Source of the DNA: a virus
Strand: one strand, 5' to 3'
DNA length: 64,000 nucleotides
IMG/VR virus record: IMGVR_UViG_3300030379_000259
Shown here: positions 10,423 through 19,886 of the stretch, in pieces
Layout: each line of letters starts with the position of its first letter
Numbering within the stretch: the stretch's first letter is position 1
Program-made: the position numbers and the translations under genes
Notes under the pieces: model-generated
Told to the model about the DNA's origin: nothing
The model's input: only the letters and a program-made list of their open reading frames with translations
Databases searched by the model: none

Positions 10423-10435
10423 CTATTAATACCTC
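10421..10435 (-). promoter_or_regulatory. conserved promoter-like motif copy 1 (RC TGAGGTATTAATAGT)
   Basis: One of five copies of RC TGnGGTATTAATAG(A/T)T, each just after a T-rich tract. This copy abuts the ECF sigma start. Confidence 0.4.
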
Positions 10436-10490
10436 AATTTTTAGAAAAAAGAAAAAAGTCAGCATCCAAAATGGACGCTGACTTCTATTA

Positions 10491-12659
10491 TCATGCACAA
10501 AACTCTTTTCTTATTCTCTGCATTAGCAATCCATTCCGTTTGGATGTACGATTGTTTGCAATAGTTTTAGAAATTTGTTCAGGATCACCGACAAGATACA
10601 TTTTCTTTCTCGCTCTTGTTACTGCAGTGTAAAACAAATTACGTCGTAGCATGCTTTGATTTTCCCGCGACACCGGCATAATCACAGTCTGGAATTCACT
10701 CCCCTGTGATTTATGTACAGTAATACAATACGCAAGCCCAATTCCAAGATCGATGGCATCATCTACAGCGAAATGCTCCTCGCCTGTTTCAAAATCACAC
10801 ACCAAAGTGTTGTTGCGCGATTCCGTTACGATTCCAATATCTCCATTTCGAACCGTCTTTGTGTTCTTAGAACAAATCACTTTGTCTCCGCGCTTGAAGA
10901 CAAATCCGTTTGCTCGAAAGCAACCGGCAGAATTTCCGGGATTTAATTTGTCTTGAACGATCTTATTAAGCTGATTTGTGGCTAACTCTCCCTTAATGCG
11001 CATTGGACAGATACACTGAACCTCTAAAAGGTTGCCTACCTTGCGAACTTCCATTTGGTAAATACCAGCGACCAGCTTGGCAATCTTTTCCGTTTCTGTC
11101 TCTTGAACAATGAAGAAGTCATCACCGGTACTTAAATTCTGACGTCCGTGAAGAATGCGATCAGCATTCATTATAATATTAGAGTCTTTAGCCTGTCTGT
11201 AAATGAATTTTAATTTCACAACGGGCACGCAGTAGGACTCAATCATATCTGAAAGTACATTTCCGGATCCGACGCTTTCCAGCTGGTTTGGGTCTCCAAT
11301 AAAGTACAGACGACAGGAAGGTTTGAGCTTCTGCAGCAGTCTGTAAATAATGCTAATGTCACACATGGATGTTTCATCAATAAACACAGCGTCTGCATCT
11401 ATTTTTTCATCATCCATATAAACATCGACCGCCTCAGTGTCTTCATCTTCAATTCCAAGGTGCAGCAGTGAGTGTAATGTTGAAGCCTCTCTTGAGGTAG
11501 CTTCTGACATTCGTCTTGCCGCACGACCAGTAGGAGCTGCAAGAACAATCTTTGAGCGGCCCAAATGTTCCAGTGTCTGAATTGTCGCGTTCAACACAGT
11601 TGTTTTACCTGTACCGGCAGAGCCCGTAATAATGGCTACTGGGTTGTTCACCACGGTTTCAACGGCAAGCCTTTGGCTATCTGCCAGTTTGAATGCCGAA
11701 TTGGAATCGAACAAATCCAGTTCAGCCTGGATTTTTTCCAGACTGATTTTTTTAAAATTGCTTACAAGTTTGCGATGCAGTTCTTCGGCAATGAATTTCT
11801 CACAATCGTAATAAAAAGCATTGTAGATTCTCAATTCATCTTTGCCTTTTTCGGCCTTGATCTTATGCTTCTTATTAAGTAAGTTCATATATCCTTTTAT
11901 ACACGCAGCGTCCACTAAGTAAGCATCGTCTACCACGCCATCATTAAGTGTCGCAATTGACTTTTCAAGCAGCACTTGCGCATTCACATAGGTGTGACCC
12001 CTTGAGAGCAACTGTTGCAGCGTATACTCGACGCCATAAAACATTCTATCGTCAAGATTGAGCAACTCCGGTTTATCTGATTGCATCTGCAGCACAATCG
12101 AATTACATACTCTAAAGGGTAAATTGATTCCAGCTGTATAAATGGCCGCAAACGGATTGGAAAAGAACTCACATTCGTCAAAAGCCGAAGCGATCTTGTG
12201 AATTTTGGCCTTTTTAATTACGCCAAAACCCGCCAGTCGTTTAATAAATGCACCCTTACCATCCGAAGTTTGTTGTTTGTTTGCTATCTCGACGATTTCT
12301 GCTGCGTGAGAAGCGGAGTATTGTTGCATTATCCCTAAATCAGAAAAAACGCCATAATCCGCCCCGTATTCAGCCAGGATTTTTAACGCTTTAATTTTTC
12401 CAATTCCCGGAAATGTGCGCGCATAAGAAACGAACACATCGTCTTGTGCCAATCTCTCATACGTCCAAGACAACACATTGAAGCCCTTACGATCTTCTGT
12501 GTATGACCCAATAGCGTCAATTGCTACACCCTGTGTATCTGGTAAATCACCGAATAGATACACGCGCTCTTTTAACTTGAGCGTTGTTCCGATAACCACA
12601 TTTTTTCTTTTATTGATGTATTCAATCAAGAACGTGGCAGAAACTTCTTTAGACCCCAC
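10491..12659 (-). CDS. recD2: RecD2-like SF1 ATP-dependent DNA helicase
   Basis: Walker A GSAGTGKTT, motif VLAAPTGRAARRM, Walker B DETSM, HhH-like N-terminus. Confidence 0.8.
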   Translation of the reverse strand: MGSKEVSATFLIEYINKRKNVVIGTTLKLKERVYLFGDLPDTQGVAIDAIGSYTEDRKGFNVLSWTYERLAQDDVFVSYARTFPGIGKIKALKILAEYGADYGVFSDLGIMQQYSASHAAEIVEIANKQQTSDGKGAFIKRLAGFGVIKKAKIHKIASAFDECEFFSNPFAAIYTAGINLPFRVCNSIVLQMQSDKPELLNLDDRMFYGVEYTLQQLLSRGHTYVNAQVLLEKSIATLNDGVVDDAYLVDAACIKGYMNLLNKKHKIKAEKGKDELRIYNAFYYDCEKFIAEELHRKLVSNFKKISLEKIQAELDLFDSNSAFKLADSQRLAVETVVNNPVAIITGSAGTGKTTVLNATIQTLEHLGRSKIVLAAPTGRAARRMSEATSREASTLHSLLHLGIEDEDTEAVDVYMDDEKIDADAVFIDETSMCDISIIYRLLQKLKPSCRLYFIGDPNQLESVGSGNVLSDMIESYCVPVVKLKFIYRQAKDSNIIMNADRILHGRQNLSTGDDFFIVQETETEKIAKLVAGIYQMEVRKVGNLLEVQCICPMRIKGELATNQLNKIVQDKLNPGNSAGCFRANGFVFKRGDKVICSKNTKTVRNGDIGIVTESRNNTLVCDFETGEEHFAVDDAIDLGIGLAYCITVHKSQGSEFQTVIMPVSRENQSMLRRNLFYTAVTRARKKMYLVGDPEQISKTIANNRTSKRNGLLMQRIRKEFCA

Positions 12660-12696
12660 AGCAACCTCCTTTCTTTGATGTTAAAACAAAAACAAA

Positions 12697-12918
12697 TTAT
12701 GCCATGAGTTCTCGGCTCATGCGCTCAACAATTTCCTGATACTGATAGTTATCAGCAATATTACAGTCGTGATTTTCCAGAAACTCATCTGCAACCTCTG
12801 CAGGGTCAATCTGATCCGCAACAGTATCGTCAGCATACTCCTCAATGGCGCGAGCTGCATCCTCTATTGCGAAATCCTTGCGTACCTTGTAGAAAATATC
12901 AAGTTCTTCGTTATTCAT
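12697..12918 (-). CDS. small acidic hypothetical protein
   Basis: AGGAGG RBS before ATG; 73 aa. Confidence 0.5.
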   Translation of the reverse strand: MNNEELDIFYKVRKDFAIEDAARAIEEYADDTVADQIDPAEVADEFLENHDCNIADNYQYQEIVERMSRELMA

Positions 12919-13010
12919 GAAAATTTCCTCCTAAAAATAATTAAGTTTATACTTTAATGACAAAAAAAGCAGCCATCCCATCAAAGAGATAACTGCAAGA
13001 AATAAGTATA

Positions 13011-13027
13011 ACGCTATAATTATATCA
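13011..13027 (-). promoter_or_regulatory. extended -10 promoter (RC TGATATAATTATAGC)
   Basis: TGnTATAAT about 95 nt upstream of the 12918 start. Confidence 0.4.
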
Positions 13028-13040
13028 CGATTTTACCAAA

Positions 13041-13072
13041 AGAAAAAACGGCGCAACAATGCGCGCCGTTTC
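13041..13072 (-). terminator. rho-independent terminator
   Basis: Stem AAACGGCGC/GCGCGCCGUUU with flanking U-run; just downstream of the 13076 stop. Confidence 0.6.
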
Positions 13073-13075
13073 AAG

Positions 13076-13762
13076 CTATTTTTCGTCAAAGCAAGAGACA
13101 TCATGCAAATCCCGAATATATTGTTTTGCCTCAGTAGAAATCTGATCAACATCAACCGGGAGAACAGAAATTAACGATGCATTATTAAACACAACCGGAC
13201 CGCTGTGACGAAAATGGAACATGGCGACACACGGCTGACCTTCGACGTATTTCATCGTGGCATCTCGCGTCTTTTTGCTTAATGACCGCCATTTAAAATC
13301 GTAAGCAAACTGCAAATCAATTTTGTCGTTTGCGTTTTCACTGTCATTTTCCGACACAGTTTTTGTGAGCAATACGCACTCGTCTGGCACAGAGAGATTT
13401 GTGATTTTGAATCGATAAATTCTGCTGTTTGTAATTCCGTATCCGATATGAGAGCGTTTAGAGCCTAGACAAATCATTTCAGCATAGGCAATCTCGCTCT
13501 TTTTCATCGCCAAATGCAATGTTGCAAACTGCCAGATGCAGTAAGCAACAGCAATGCCAAATAAAATCAAATAGTAGTAGTTTTTGGTCGTTACAGAAAT
13601 TACAATCCCCGCAATAGTGAGCAAGAAGGCGCCACCCAAGTACAACCAGCACCGCAATGACAAACGTCCGTCAAAATCGTTTTTATTGTATTTCCCATGC
13701 AAGTATTCAAACTGAGATTGAATCGATTGAGTCTCTGAGGCGTTTCCTTTTTTACTGTGCAT
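13076..13762 (-). CDS. membrane protein, hypothetical
   Basis: Two predicted TM helices; 228 aa. Confidence 0.5.
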   Translation of the reverse strand: MHSKKGNASETQSIQSQFEYLHGKYNKNDFDGRLSLRCWLYLGGAFLLTIAGIVISVTTKNYYYLILFGIAVAYCIWQFATLHLAMKKSEIAYAEMICLGSKRSHIGYGITNSRIYRFKITNLSVPDECVLLTKTVSENDSENANDKIDLQFAYDFKWRSLSKKTRDATMKYVEGQPCVAMFHFRHSGPVVFNNASLISVLPVDVDQISTEAKQYIRDLHDVSCFDEK

Positions 13763-14606
13763 CTTGTACCCCCTTACTCAACGGTGTAACACTCAACTCT
13801 CCGTTAATTCCTGTTTGATTGTAGATCAACCGATTGGTTGTAGAATATGCAACGGCATTCATATTGTCGTTTGTTCCGGTCAAATAGATAACGAATTGTT
13901 CCAAGATGGACTCGTCTTGTAAACTTACAGAACTTCTCACCGCGCTTGTTTCTGTTTCATTATCTTCTCCGTCTACATGATGATGCAGAATGTCGTCGAT
14001 TTTTGCTGTGACTTTGCCGTTTTCATCATAAGAAGTCAGCGACTTCTTGTTCATTGTAAGCACAACTAAATTATTCGGATCAATAGCACCAGAATCCACA
14101 AAAAAGGCATCTGTGAATTCCTGCTTATCTTTGATATTCAGCGCTTTAAATGCGTTATTCACGCCAACTGTAATATCGTATTTCCCTGTAAACACATCTC
14201 GACATCCGGTTGTGTAATATACGGTATAAGTGTAAGTGCCATCTTTATTGATGTCAAATGTTGTTACGGTTAAAGCTTCGTTTGTGTACGAATATGTGTT
14301 AAACTTATTGAGCGGCTTATGGTATTCTACCTTGATTTGACCGTAATCTGTATCACAATACATGCCATCGGATTTAATATAATAAAGATTGCCGTCCTTA
14401 TCTTTTGTGGTATATTCTTGACCAGGCTTTGCCGTCACCGTTGTATAAGTATCGTAGTCAATTTTGATGCTTTTATTATTGTTTGTCTTAATGAATAACG
14501 TTCCGAGGATCGCTACAATTAAAACACCAACGATAATGCCAATGATTACGACATTCTTATTGCCATTGTATTTGTTGCTTCGCTGTGATTGCTTGTCATT
14601 CGCCAT
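13752..14606 (-). CDS. membrane-anchored hypothetical protein
   Basis: N-terminal TM (VVIIGIIVGVLIVAILGTLFI); Thr/Tyr-rich extracytoplasmic part. Confidence 0.5.
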   Translation of the reverse strand: MANDKQSQRSNKYNGNKNVVIIGIIVGVLIVAILGTLFIKTNNNKSIKIDYDTYTTVTAKPGQEYTTKDKDGNLYYIKSDGMYCDTDYGQIKVEYHKPLNKFNTYSYTNEALTVTTFDINKDGTYTYTVYYTTGCRDVFTGKYDITVGVNNAFKALNIKDKQEFTDAFFVDSGAIDPNNLVVLTMNKKSLTSYDENGKVTAKIDDILHHHVDGEDNETETSAVRSSVSLQDESILEQFVIYLTGTNDNMNAVAYSTTNRLIYNQTGINGELSVTPLSKGVQDAQ

Positions 14607-14624
14607 AAATACCTCCCCCTTTTC

Positions 14625-15218
14625 TTAGAAAAACGAATTTTCAAATTTAACGGTAGCAATATCACCAAGATAGTGTACGGCGGATACGAAGTCTTGATTT
14701 TGAGATTGCTTGAAGTAGATCAAAAAATAAAAAGCACTATCATCAGCATTTTGAATTTTACCATTATAATATTCTGTTCCGCCTTTGAAGTAATGCTCAT
14801 TATAATTACAACTGACTGCATACAAGTTGTTCGCGTTGATTTTCTTTGGATTCAAACCCGCTTTCTTAATTGTATCTTCGCCAACCGCTTGTATTGCTTC
14901 TTGTCCGCGTTTAACAACATATTTACCCGTAAATTGATAGGTTGCGTCATTGCCAACCAAAACATAGTCGCCTTGTTCTGAGAGAGACAAGATAAATCCA
15001 TCACCATTGTATTCACGATACAGTTTAGTTTGCTCAACCATTGGCTCACTTGAAGCGTCCAACTGCCCAACCGATACTTGCTTGTCTGATTTCGACGATA
15101 AATGCGACTCACTGAATGATACGGCAAAAATTGCCAGGAAAACCAAAAGCACAATGATAACAACCGAAAGTGCCTTGCTTCCCTTTGATTTTTCTTCTGC
15201 AAATTTTGTCTTTTTCAA
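14625..15218 (-). CDS. membrane-anchored hypothetical protein
   Basis: N-terminal TM (ALSVVIIVLLVFLAIFAV). Confidence 0.5.
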   Translation of the reverse strand: MKKTKFAEEKSKGSKALSVVIIVLLVFLAIFAVSFSESHLSSKSDKQVSVGQLDASSEPMVEQTKLYREYNGDGFILSLSEQGDYVLVGNDATYQFTGKYVVKRGQEAIQAVGEDTIKKAGLNPKKINANNLYAVSCNYNEHYFKGGTEYYNGKIQNADDSAFYFLIYFKQSQNQDFVSAVHYLGDIATVKFENSFF

Positions 15219-15220
15219 AA

Positions 15221-17380
15221 CTACTCCTTCTTTCTATATTTGGTAGGCGGGAAGCTGGTCGTGTAATTGGGATACTTTCCGCTGTAATCTACATGAATGA
15301 TAATAGAATACTCTTTTCCGGTTTTGGATTTACACTTGTTGAGTTGGACCTCGCCTTTTTTTAACAACGACTTGGCGGTAGAGGCTGTGATTTTACGCCC
15401 AAACCTTGCAAAAAACTTATCCTCTTTGTAAATGTAAAACTCACAATCTTTATTTGAACATTGGAAAGACCTGTTGCGTTCGACTACATCACACCCACAA
15501 CGAGGACACTTCCCAACAACTTTCGCATCATCCTGATTAACTGTAATTTGCACATTGGCAATACGCGAGAAAATCGCATCAAGTTCTTTTTTCATCTCAC
15601 GCTTATTTTCGTCGAGCGTGTATGTACGATTGCCAATCGCAACAATCGTTTTGTTCATCTCAATGTTTTTTTCTTTGTAAAGGTTAATACCGAACGCGTC
15701 TAAGAGCTGGATAAGTGCTACACCTTTTTCTTGAATTGAATAACTTTTTCCCTTCAAAGCAATATATCCATATTTTTGTGCGTTCTTGACTATCAATGCC
15801 GTTGTTGACTCGGTGCCAAGTGTAGCGCCTTCTTTCAGAAGTTTGTAATATTCTTCATCGTCTTCTTTGTTTAATGTTTTAATCTCATCCGCATACGGAT
15901 TCTTTAAAAAATCCAACAACGCAGGTGGCGTGATTTTTGGAGGCGGTGTGCTCTCTCGTTCAGCCACAGAGAAGGACATATTTACCTTTTCTCCGACTGA
16001 AAACGCCGGTAGAGGGTCTTTAATACTTCTCGGTTCAAATTTCATAAAGCCATTATCAAGTAATTCATTACCGACAACATGAAATTGATATTCCCCTGCT
16101 TTTATATATAGATGTGTTTCTTTAATCTTCGCGTTGCGAGAGAAATTACTCAGGGTTCGATTAAAAATTAACGCATAAGCCTTTTGCTCGTCCTCGTCCA
16201 TTGCATCCAACTCTTCTTTTGTTGGAATTTGTTTGGTGATTGTTAGAGCAGTATGTCCCCCTACGCACTTGCTGTCATCAAAGACACTTTTCTTTTCGTG
16301 AAATTGCAGGTCATAACCGGACGCAACGAGTTTAGCGATTATGAATTCCATCGCACGAATTTCTTTTGTGCTTAAGTATTCAACTGATGTTCTCGGATAT
16401 GTTAAGTATCCACGCTCATACAGCTTCTGAATCGTTTGCAAACCTTGGTCAAGCGTGTACCCGTATTTCTTAAAGAAATCGCTCTGAAAGGACGACAGAC
16501 AGTATAGACGCTTTGGAGTTAAAGACTTCTCTTTTGTTTCTATCTTCTCAACAACTTTATCTGCAGCCGCCAGTTGTGTACATATTTTTTCAACAATTGT
16601 CTTCTGGTCCTCTGGCATAGAGATGGCTGGTTTTGATGTTGTAATCTTAACCTTCCAGTCATCTTTTTTAAGAAGCGCATCTATGCCATAGCTTTTGGTT
16701 GATTTAAAGTTCTGGATGGCTAAATCTCTATCATAAACACACTTTACAATTGGGACTAAAACACGACCAGCCGGAAAATTCATTCCTGCTTTTTTAGTCA
16801 GGAATCTTGAAATGTTAATTCCCCAAGCAAAATCAAACTGTTGGCGAGCCATTGCTTGGTAGTACATACCAGTGTATTTCTTATCATCTTCTGCATTATA
16901 ATAAGCTTCAGCAACCACATCTGGGACCATCGAATTGCACCAAAGTCTCTTTACGGGTTTTGCATATCCAAAATATGACAAAATTTCCCTTACAATCAAT
17001 TCTCCCTCATTATCCGGATCGCCATAATGTATCACTTGCCCAATGTCTTTACGCTTTAATAGCTTCTCAATAATAGCGAATTGTGTTTTGCTCCAGTCAT
17101 CATCGCTGACTGTTTGTTCAAACTGATCTGGCACATACGGCAAGCAATCATAATTTCGAGGACTTGCAGGCAAGCCTAGATATTCTTCAATGGTTTTGAG
17201 TCTTAAAATATGCCCACACGCATATGTTACAATCACATTGTCCGACTCAAAATAGCCAGCCTTACTCTTCGGCGGCTTGTATTTCTTTCCAGGCTCAACA
17301 AATTTAAAATTCTCTTTATAAAGTCCTTTTACAAGCGCTTTGGCAGCTTTTGTCTTTTCAGCAATTACTAATGTTTTGAT
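15221..17380 (-). CDS. topB: DNA topoisomerase III-like (type IA) with C-terminal zinc ribbons; non-canonical start
   Basis: ORF track starts at an internal GTG (17236). The conserved type IA N-terminus IKTLVIAEK...VIVTYACGH lies upstream and in frame. The only possible initiator is ATC at 17378-17380, 7 nt after a perfect AGGAGG; a TAA lies 20 codons further up with no ATG/GTG/TTG between. C-terminal CPRCGC...C..C zinc ribbon. Confidence 0.65.
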   Translation of the reverse strand: MKTLVIAEKTKAAKALVKGLYKENFKFVEPGKKYKPPKSKAGYFESDNVIVTYACGHILRLKTIEEYLGLPASPRNYDCLPYVPDQFEQTVSDDDWSKTQFAIIEKLLKRKDIGQVIHYGDPDNEGELIVREILSYFGYAKPVKRLWCNSMVPDVVAEAYYNAEDDKKYTGMYYQAMARQQFDFAWGINISRFLTKKAGMNFPAGRVLVPIVKCVYDRDLAIQNFKSTKSYGIDALLKKDDWKVKITTSKPAISMPEDQKTIVEKICTQLAAADKVVEKIETKEKSLTPKRLYCLSSFQSDFFKKYGYTLDQGLQTIQKLYERGYLTYPRTSVEYLSTKEIRAMEFIIAKLVASGYDLQFHEKKSVFDDSKCVGGHTALTITKQIPTKEELDAMDEDEQKAYALIFNRTLSNFSRNAKIKETHLYIKAGEYQFHVVGNELLDNGFMKFEPRSIKDPLPAFSVGEKVNMSFSVAERESTPPPKITPPALLDFLKNPYADEIKTLNKEDDEEYYKLLKEGATLGTESTTALIVKNAQKYGYIALKGKSYSIQEKGVALIQLLDAFGINLYKEKNIEMNKTIVAIGNRTYTLDENKREMKKELDAIFSRIANVQITVNQDDAKVVGKCPRCGCDVVERNRSFQCSNKDCEFYIYKEDKFFARFGRKITASTAKSLLKKGEVQLNKCKSKTGKEYSIIIHVDYSGKYPNYTTSFPPTKYRKKE

Positions 17381-17403
17381 ACTAAAACCTCCTATACGGA
17401 AAA

Positions 17404-17428
17404 AGAGAGGACAAAAGTCCTCTCTTCC
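17404..17428 (-). terminator. rho-independent terminator
   Basis: Stem GAGAGGAC/GUCCUCUC, loop UUUU, then UUUUUCC on the minus strand; downstream of the 17470 stop. Confidence 0.6.
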
Positions 17429-17469
17429 TAAATTAAATTACATTATAATTATGCCATACTTGCTTAAAA

Positions 17470-18045
17470 TTAAGAAATCGACATTTGGTAATAAGATCTG
17501 GTGCTCATTTCTTCCAATGAATATCCATCCATACCATCGGATACACCCATGAAGATGCGATTTTCAATGTTCTTTCCAGTCTCATCTTTAAGATTGGACA
17601 ACTGCAAATAAACGACATGTGTCGTGTCTTTTGCCAATTGCGCATCTACCATGGAATCCACTGCTTCTTTAACTGTTTTGATGTCGCTATAAGACAATCC
17701 ATCTGTGGATTTGTTTTCTTTGTACAACTTGGCAATGTCGTCACCCGTGTATACTGCATACATCCCTGTTACCTTATTAGTTGAATAGGTTGCGTCATCT
17801 GCATATGCAACTGAGCCATCATCGGAAAAAGTAAGATAAATGGCGGGGCCTTCTGTACCCTTTTGCGGCTTCATCACAAATGACTTGTTACTAAGCAGGG
17901 TTTGCTGCTTTTCCGGTGTGCCATGCACACCTCCGGTCACGCCGTAATAAATACCGCCAGCCACAGATGTAAGAACGATTGCAAGGACTAAAATGATTGA
18001 AACGATTTTCTTCTGTGTTAATTTCAAAACAAACCTCCGGCTCAT
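17470..18045 (-). CDS. membrane-anchored hypothetical protein
   Basis: N-terminal TM (IVSIILVLAIVLTSVAGGIYYGV); 191 aa. Confidence 0.5.
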   Translation of the reverse strand: MSRRFVLKLTQKKIVSIILVLAIVLTSVAGGIYYGVTGGVHGTPEKQQTLLSNKSFVMKPQKGTEGPAIYLTFSDDGSVAYADDATYSTNKVTGMYAVYTGDDIAKLYKENKSTDGLSYSDIKTVKEAVDSMVDAQLAKDTTHVVYLQLSNLKDETGKNIENRIFMGVSDGMDGYSLEEMSTRSYYQMSIS

Positions 18046-18053
18046 GAGAAAAT

Positions 18054-18129
18054 TGGTGGAAGCAGAGGGACTCGAACCCTCGACCTTCTGCTTGCAAAGC
18101 AGATGCTCTCCCAGTTGAGCTATGCCCCC
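18054..18129 (-). tRNA. tRNA-Ala (TGC)
   Basis: RC folds as cloverleaf; anticodon loop UUUGCAA; G3:U70 identity pair; CCA encoded. Confidence 0.85.
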
Positions 18130-18149
18130 AAATGAGAATCTTACAGAAG

Positions 18150-18225
18150 TGGTGGGAATAGTAGGTCTCGAACCTACGACCTCCTGCTTGTAAGGCAGGC
18201 GCTCTCCCAGCTGAGCTATATTCCC
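18150..18225 (-). tRNA. tRNA-Val (TAC)
   Basis: Anticodon stem CCUGC/GCAGG, loop CUUACAA; CCA encoded. Confidence 0.85.
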
Positions 18226-18228
18226 AAA

Positions 18229-18304
18229 TGGTGCTGGATCTCGGACTTGAACGGAACACCTCTGCGTTACGAAGGCAGCGCTCTACCCGATGAGCTAATC
18301 CAGC
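18229..18304 (-). tRNA. tRNA-Thr (CGT)
   Basis: Acceptor GCUGGAU/AUCCAGC, loop UUCGUAA; CCA encoded. Confidence 0.7.
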
Positions 18305-18312
18305 AAAATGAG

Positions 18313-18388
18313 TGGTGCCACAGGCTGGAGTCGAACCAGCGACGCTCGGTTCTTCAGACCGACGCTCTACCTACTGAGCTACCGTGGC
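18313..18388 (-). tRNA. tRNA-Phe (GAA)
   Basis: Loop CUGAAGA; acceptor GCCACGG/CUGUGGC; CCA encoded. Confidence 0.85.
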
Positions 18389-18391
18389 ATA

Positions 18392-18467
18392 TGGTGCGAA
18401 ATGCAGGACTTGAACCTACAACCTACGGCTTATCGAGCCGTTGCTCTGCCAATTGAGCTAATTTCGC
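18392..18467 (-). tRNA. tRNA-Ile (GAT), atypical C33
   Basis: Anticodon stem ACGGC/GCCGU, loop UCGAUAA (C at position 33); CCA encoded. Confidence 0.6.
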
Positions 18468-18468
18468 A

Positions 18469-18544
18469 TGGTGATCGCAGTGGGATTCGAACCCACGATA
18501 CAGGTTAGAAAGACCTGCGGCTTAGACCGCTTGCCGATGCGACC
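18469..18544 (-). tRNA. tRNA-Glu (TTC)
   Basis: Stem CAGGU/ACCUG, loop CUUUCUA; short D-arm typical of Glu; CCA encoded. Confidence 0.8.
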
Positions 18545-18549
18545 GAAAA

Positions 18550-18626
18550 TGGTGAACGCACTGAGATTCGAACTCAGACTCTGCGGTTAGAGAGACCGCC
18601 ATGTTAGCCTATTACACTATGCGTCC
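18550..18626 (-). tRNA. tRNA-like, anticodon CTC (Glu?) with unusual U37
   Basis: Stem GCGGU/ACCGC, loop CUCUCUA, good T-arm CUGAG/CUCAG; atypical loop, possibly a pseudo-tRNA. Confidence 0.45.
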
Positions 18627-18629
18627 AAA

Positions 18630-18705
18630 TGGAGCAGGTGATCAGATTCGAACTGATGGAGAATGGGTTTGCAGCCCACGCCGTTAACCTCTTCGGTACA
18701 CCCGC
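18630..18705 (-). tRNA. tRNA-Cys (GCA)
   Basis: Loop CUGCAAA; T-arm AUCAG/CUGAU; CCA encoded. Confidence 0.8.
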
Positions 18706-18712
18706 AAATATA

Positions 18713-18788
18713 TGGCTCCCACGGTCAGACTTGAACTGACAACTTCCTGATTAACAGTCAGGCGCTCTACCGATTGAACTACGTGGGA
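18713..18788 (-). tRNA. tRNA-Asn (GTT)
   Basis: Stem CCUGA/UCAGG, loop CUGUUAA; acceptor UCCCACG/CGUGGGA. Confidence 0.85.
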
Positions 18789-18792
18789 ATGT

Positions 18793-18869
18793 TGGCAGGG
18801 GCGGAGCGACTTGAACACTCGTACCATGGTTTTGGAGACCAGGCGATTTCCTGTTATCTTTACGCCCCT
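18793..18869 (-). tRNA. tRNA-Trp (CCA)
   Basis: Starts AGGGGCG and ends CGCCCCUGCCA; loop CUCCAAA. Confidence 0.8.
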
Positions 18870-18876
18870 GTATGTC

Positions 18877-18951
18877 TGGGTGGAATCCCGGGAGTCGAAC
18901 CCAGATTACTTGTACCACAAACAAGCGTGCTACCGTTACACCAGAAACCAC
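18877..18951 (-). tRNA. tRNA-His (GTG), acceptor with two U-U mismatches
   Basis: Stem CUUGU/ACAAG, loop UUGUGGU; G-1 opposite C73; acceptor UGGUUUC vs GAUUCCA is imperfect. Confidence 0.6.
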
Positions 18952-19030
18952 ATGTGAAAATACGTATGTTTTGATTTTGCAGCTACAATGTAGAGCCGGG
19001 CTAAACATACAAAAACAACTTCTACCCTTA

Positions 19031-19117
19031 TGGTGCGCCGAGCAGGAGTCGAACCTGCTGAGTCCGAGAACACCTGATTTACAGTCAGGGCCGCTACCGT
19101 TTACGGGATATCGACGC
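19031..19117 (-). tRNA. tRNA-Tyr (GTA), class II
   Basis: Stem CCUGA/UCAGG, loop CUGUAAA; long variable arm; CCA encoded. Confidence 0.8.
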
Positions 19118-19123
19118 GTATAT

Positions 19124-19210
19124 TGGTGCTGATAGAGGGACTTGAACCCTCACGGCCCTGCGGCCAGTGGATTTTAAATCCACCGCGTCTGCCGATTCCA
19201 CCATATCAGC
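19124..19210 (-). tRNA. tRNA-Leu (TAA), class II
   Basis: Stem GUGGA/UCCAC, loop UUUAAAA; long variable arm. Confidence 0.85.
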
Positions 19211-19276
19211 ACATGTGAATAGCCACACCTGATAGCCATGCACGCCATTCAGCGTGGCTTTTTGTGTTTATCATCA

Positions 19277-19771
19277 CTATTTGGTAATCCGATCCGCAAT
19301 TGTACTGGCCACAAATGAATTTGGTTTGGTTTCAACATTGTAGCCGCAAGAGCGGATCCAACTTACCAGCCCAGGAATAAGATCCTTTGTTTTTCCGTTA
19401 ACCGAATTTCCAGCATCAATATGAATTGACAATGGACATTCTGCAAACATCTCTCTATATATTGCCTTACCCTCAAACATGTCTACCAGTTCCCCGGCCA
19501 AAGTTAAGCTGGCAGCAGTTTCAGTTTGCAATTTGAGTTTTACATTTTGGATCAAGTTTTCACGAGAAATTTCATAAAAGAAGATACCGCCATGTCCATG
19601 GGCAATAACTGCGATAACAGATACCATTTTTGTATTATTGAAATTTTGACTATCTGTGCCGACAATGATACTGATTTGATCTGTTTGTGCTTTATTACGC
19701 CGGTAATAAGCCAAGATAGCATCTGGAATTTCTGTAAGCTGTATTGAATTCCCTGAACCGGTACAAAACAT
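19277..19771 (-). CDS. YkuK/DUF458-like RNase H-fold protein
   Basis: IIVGTDSQ motif and overall size (164 aa) match my memory of DUF458; sits between tRNA blocks. Confidence 0.45.
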   Translation of the reverse strand: MFCTGSGNSIQLTEIPDAILAYYRRNKAQTDQISIIVGTDSQNFNNTKMVSVIAVIAHGHGGIFFYEISRENLIQNVKLKLQTETAASLTLAGELVDMFEGKAIYREMFAECPLSIHIDAGNSVNGKTKDLIPGLVSWIRSCGYNVETKPNSFVASTIADRITK

Positions 19772-19796
19772 TGGACATACCCTCCTTATAATTTTT

Positions 19797-19882
19797 GGCG
19801 GCGATGGAAGGATTCGAACCTTCGAGCCTTACGACTAACGCGTTAGCAGTGCGCCGGTTTCAACCACTCACCCACATCGCCA
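19797..19882 (-). tRNA. tRNA-Ser (GCT), class II
   Basis: Starts GGCGAUGUGGGUGAGUGGUUGAA; loop CUGCUAA; long variable arm; CCA encoded. Confidence 0.75.
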
Positions 19883-19886
19883 AAAT

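Noticed and set aside
17891-18508. Track ORFs 17891-18259 (-), 18247-18456 (+), 18308-18508 (+) and similar ORFs at 18751-19132 and 20197-22171
   Set aside because: They lie on top of the tRNA genes; GC-rich tRNA sequence gives spurious open frames.
19225-19265. Plus-strand-oriented hairpin + T5 (CACGC..GCGTG GCTTTTT) between tRNA-Leu and the YkuK-like gene
   Set aside because: Looks like a terminator for plus-strand transcription but there is no plus-strand gene upstream; probably functions bidirectionally or is incidental. Not enough to call a feature.
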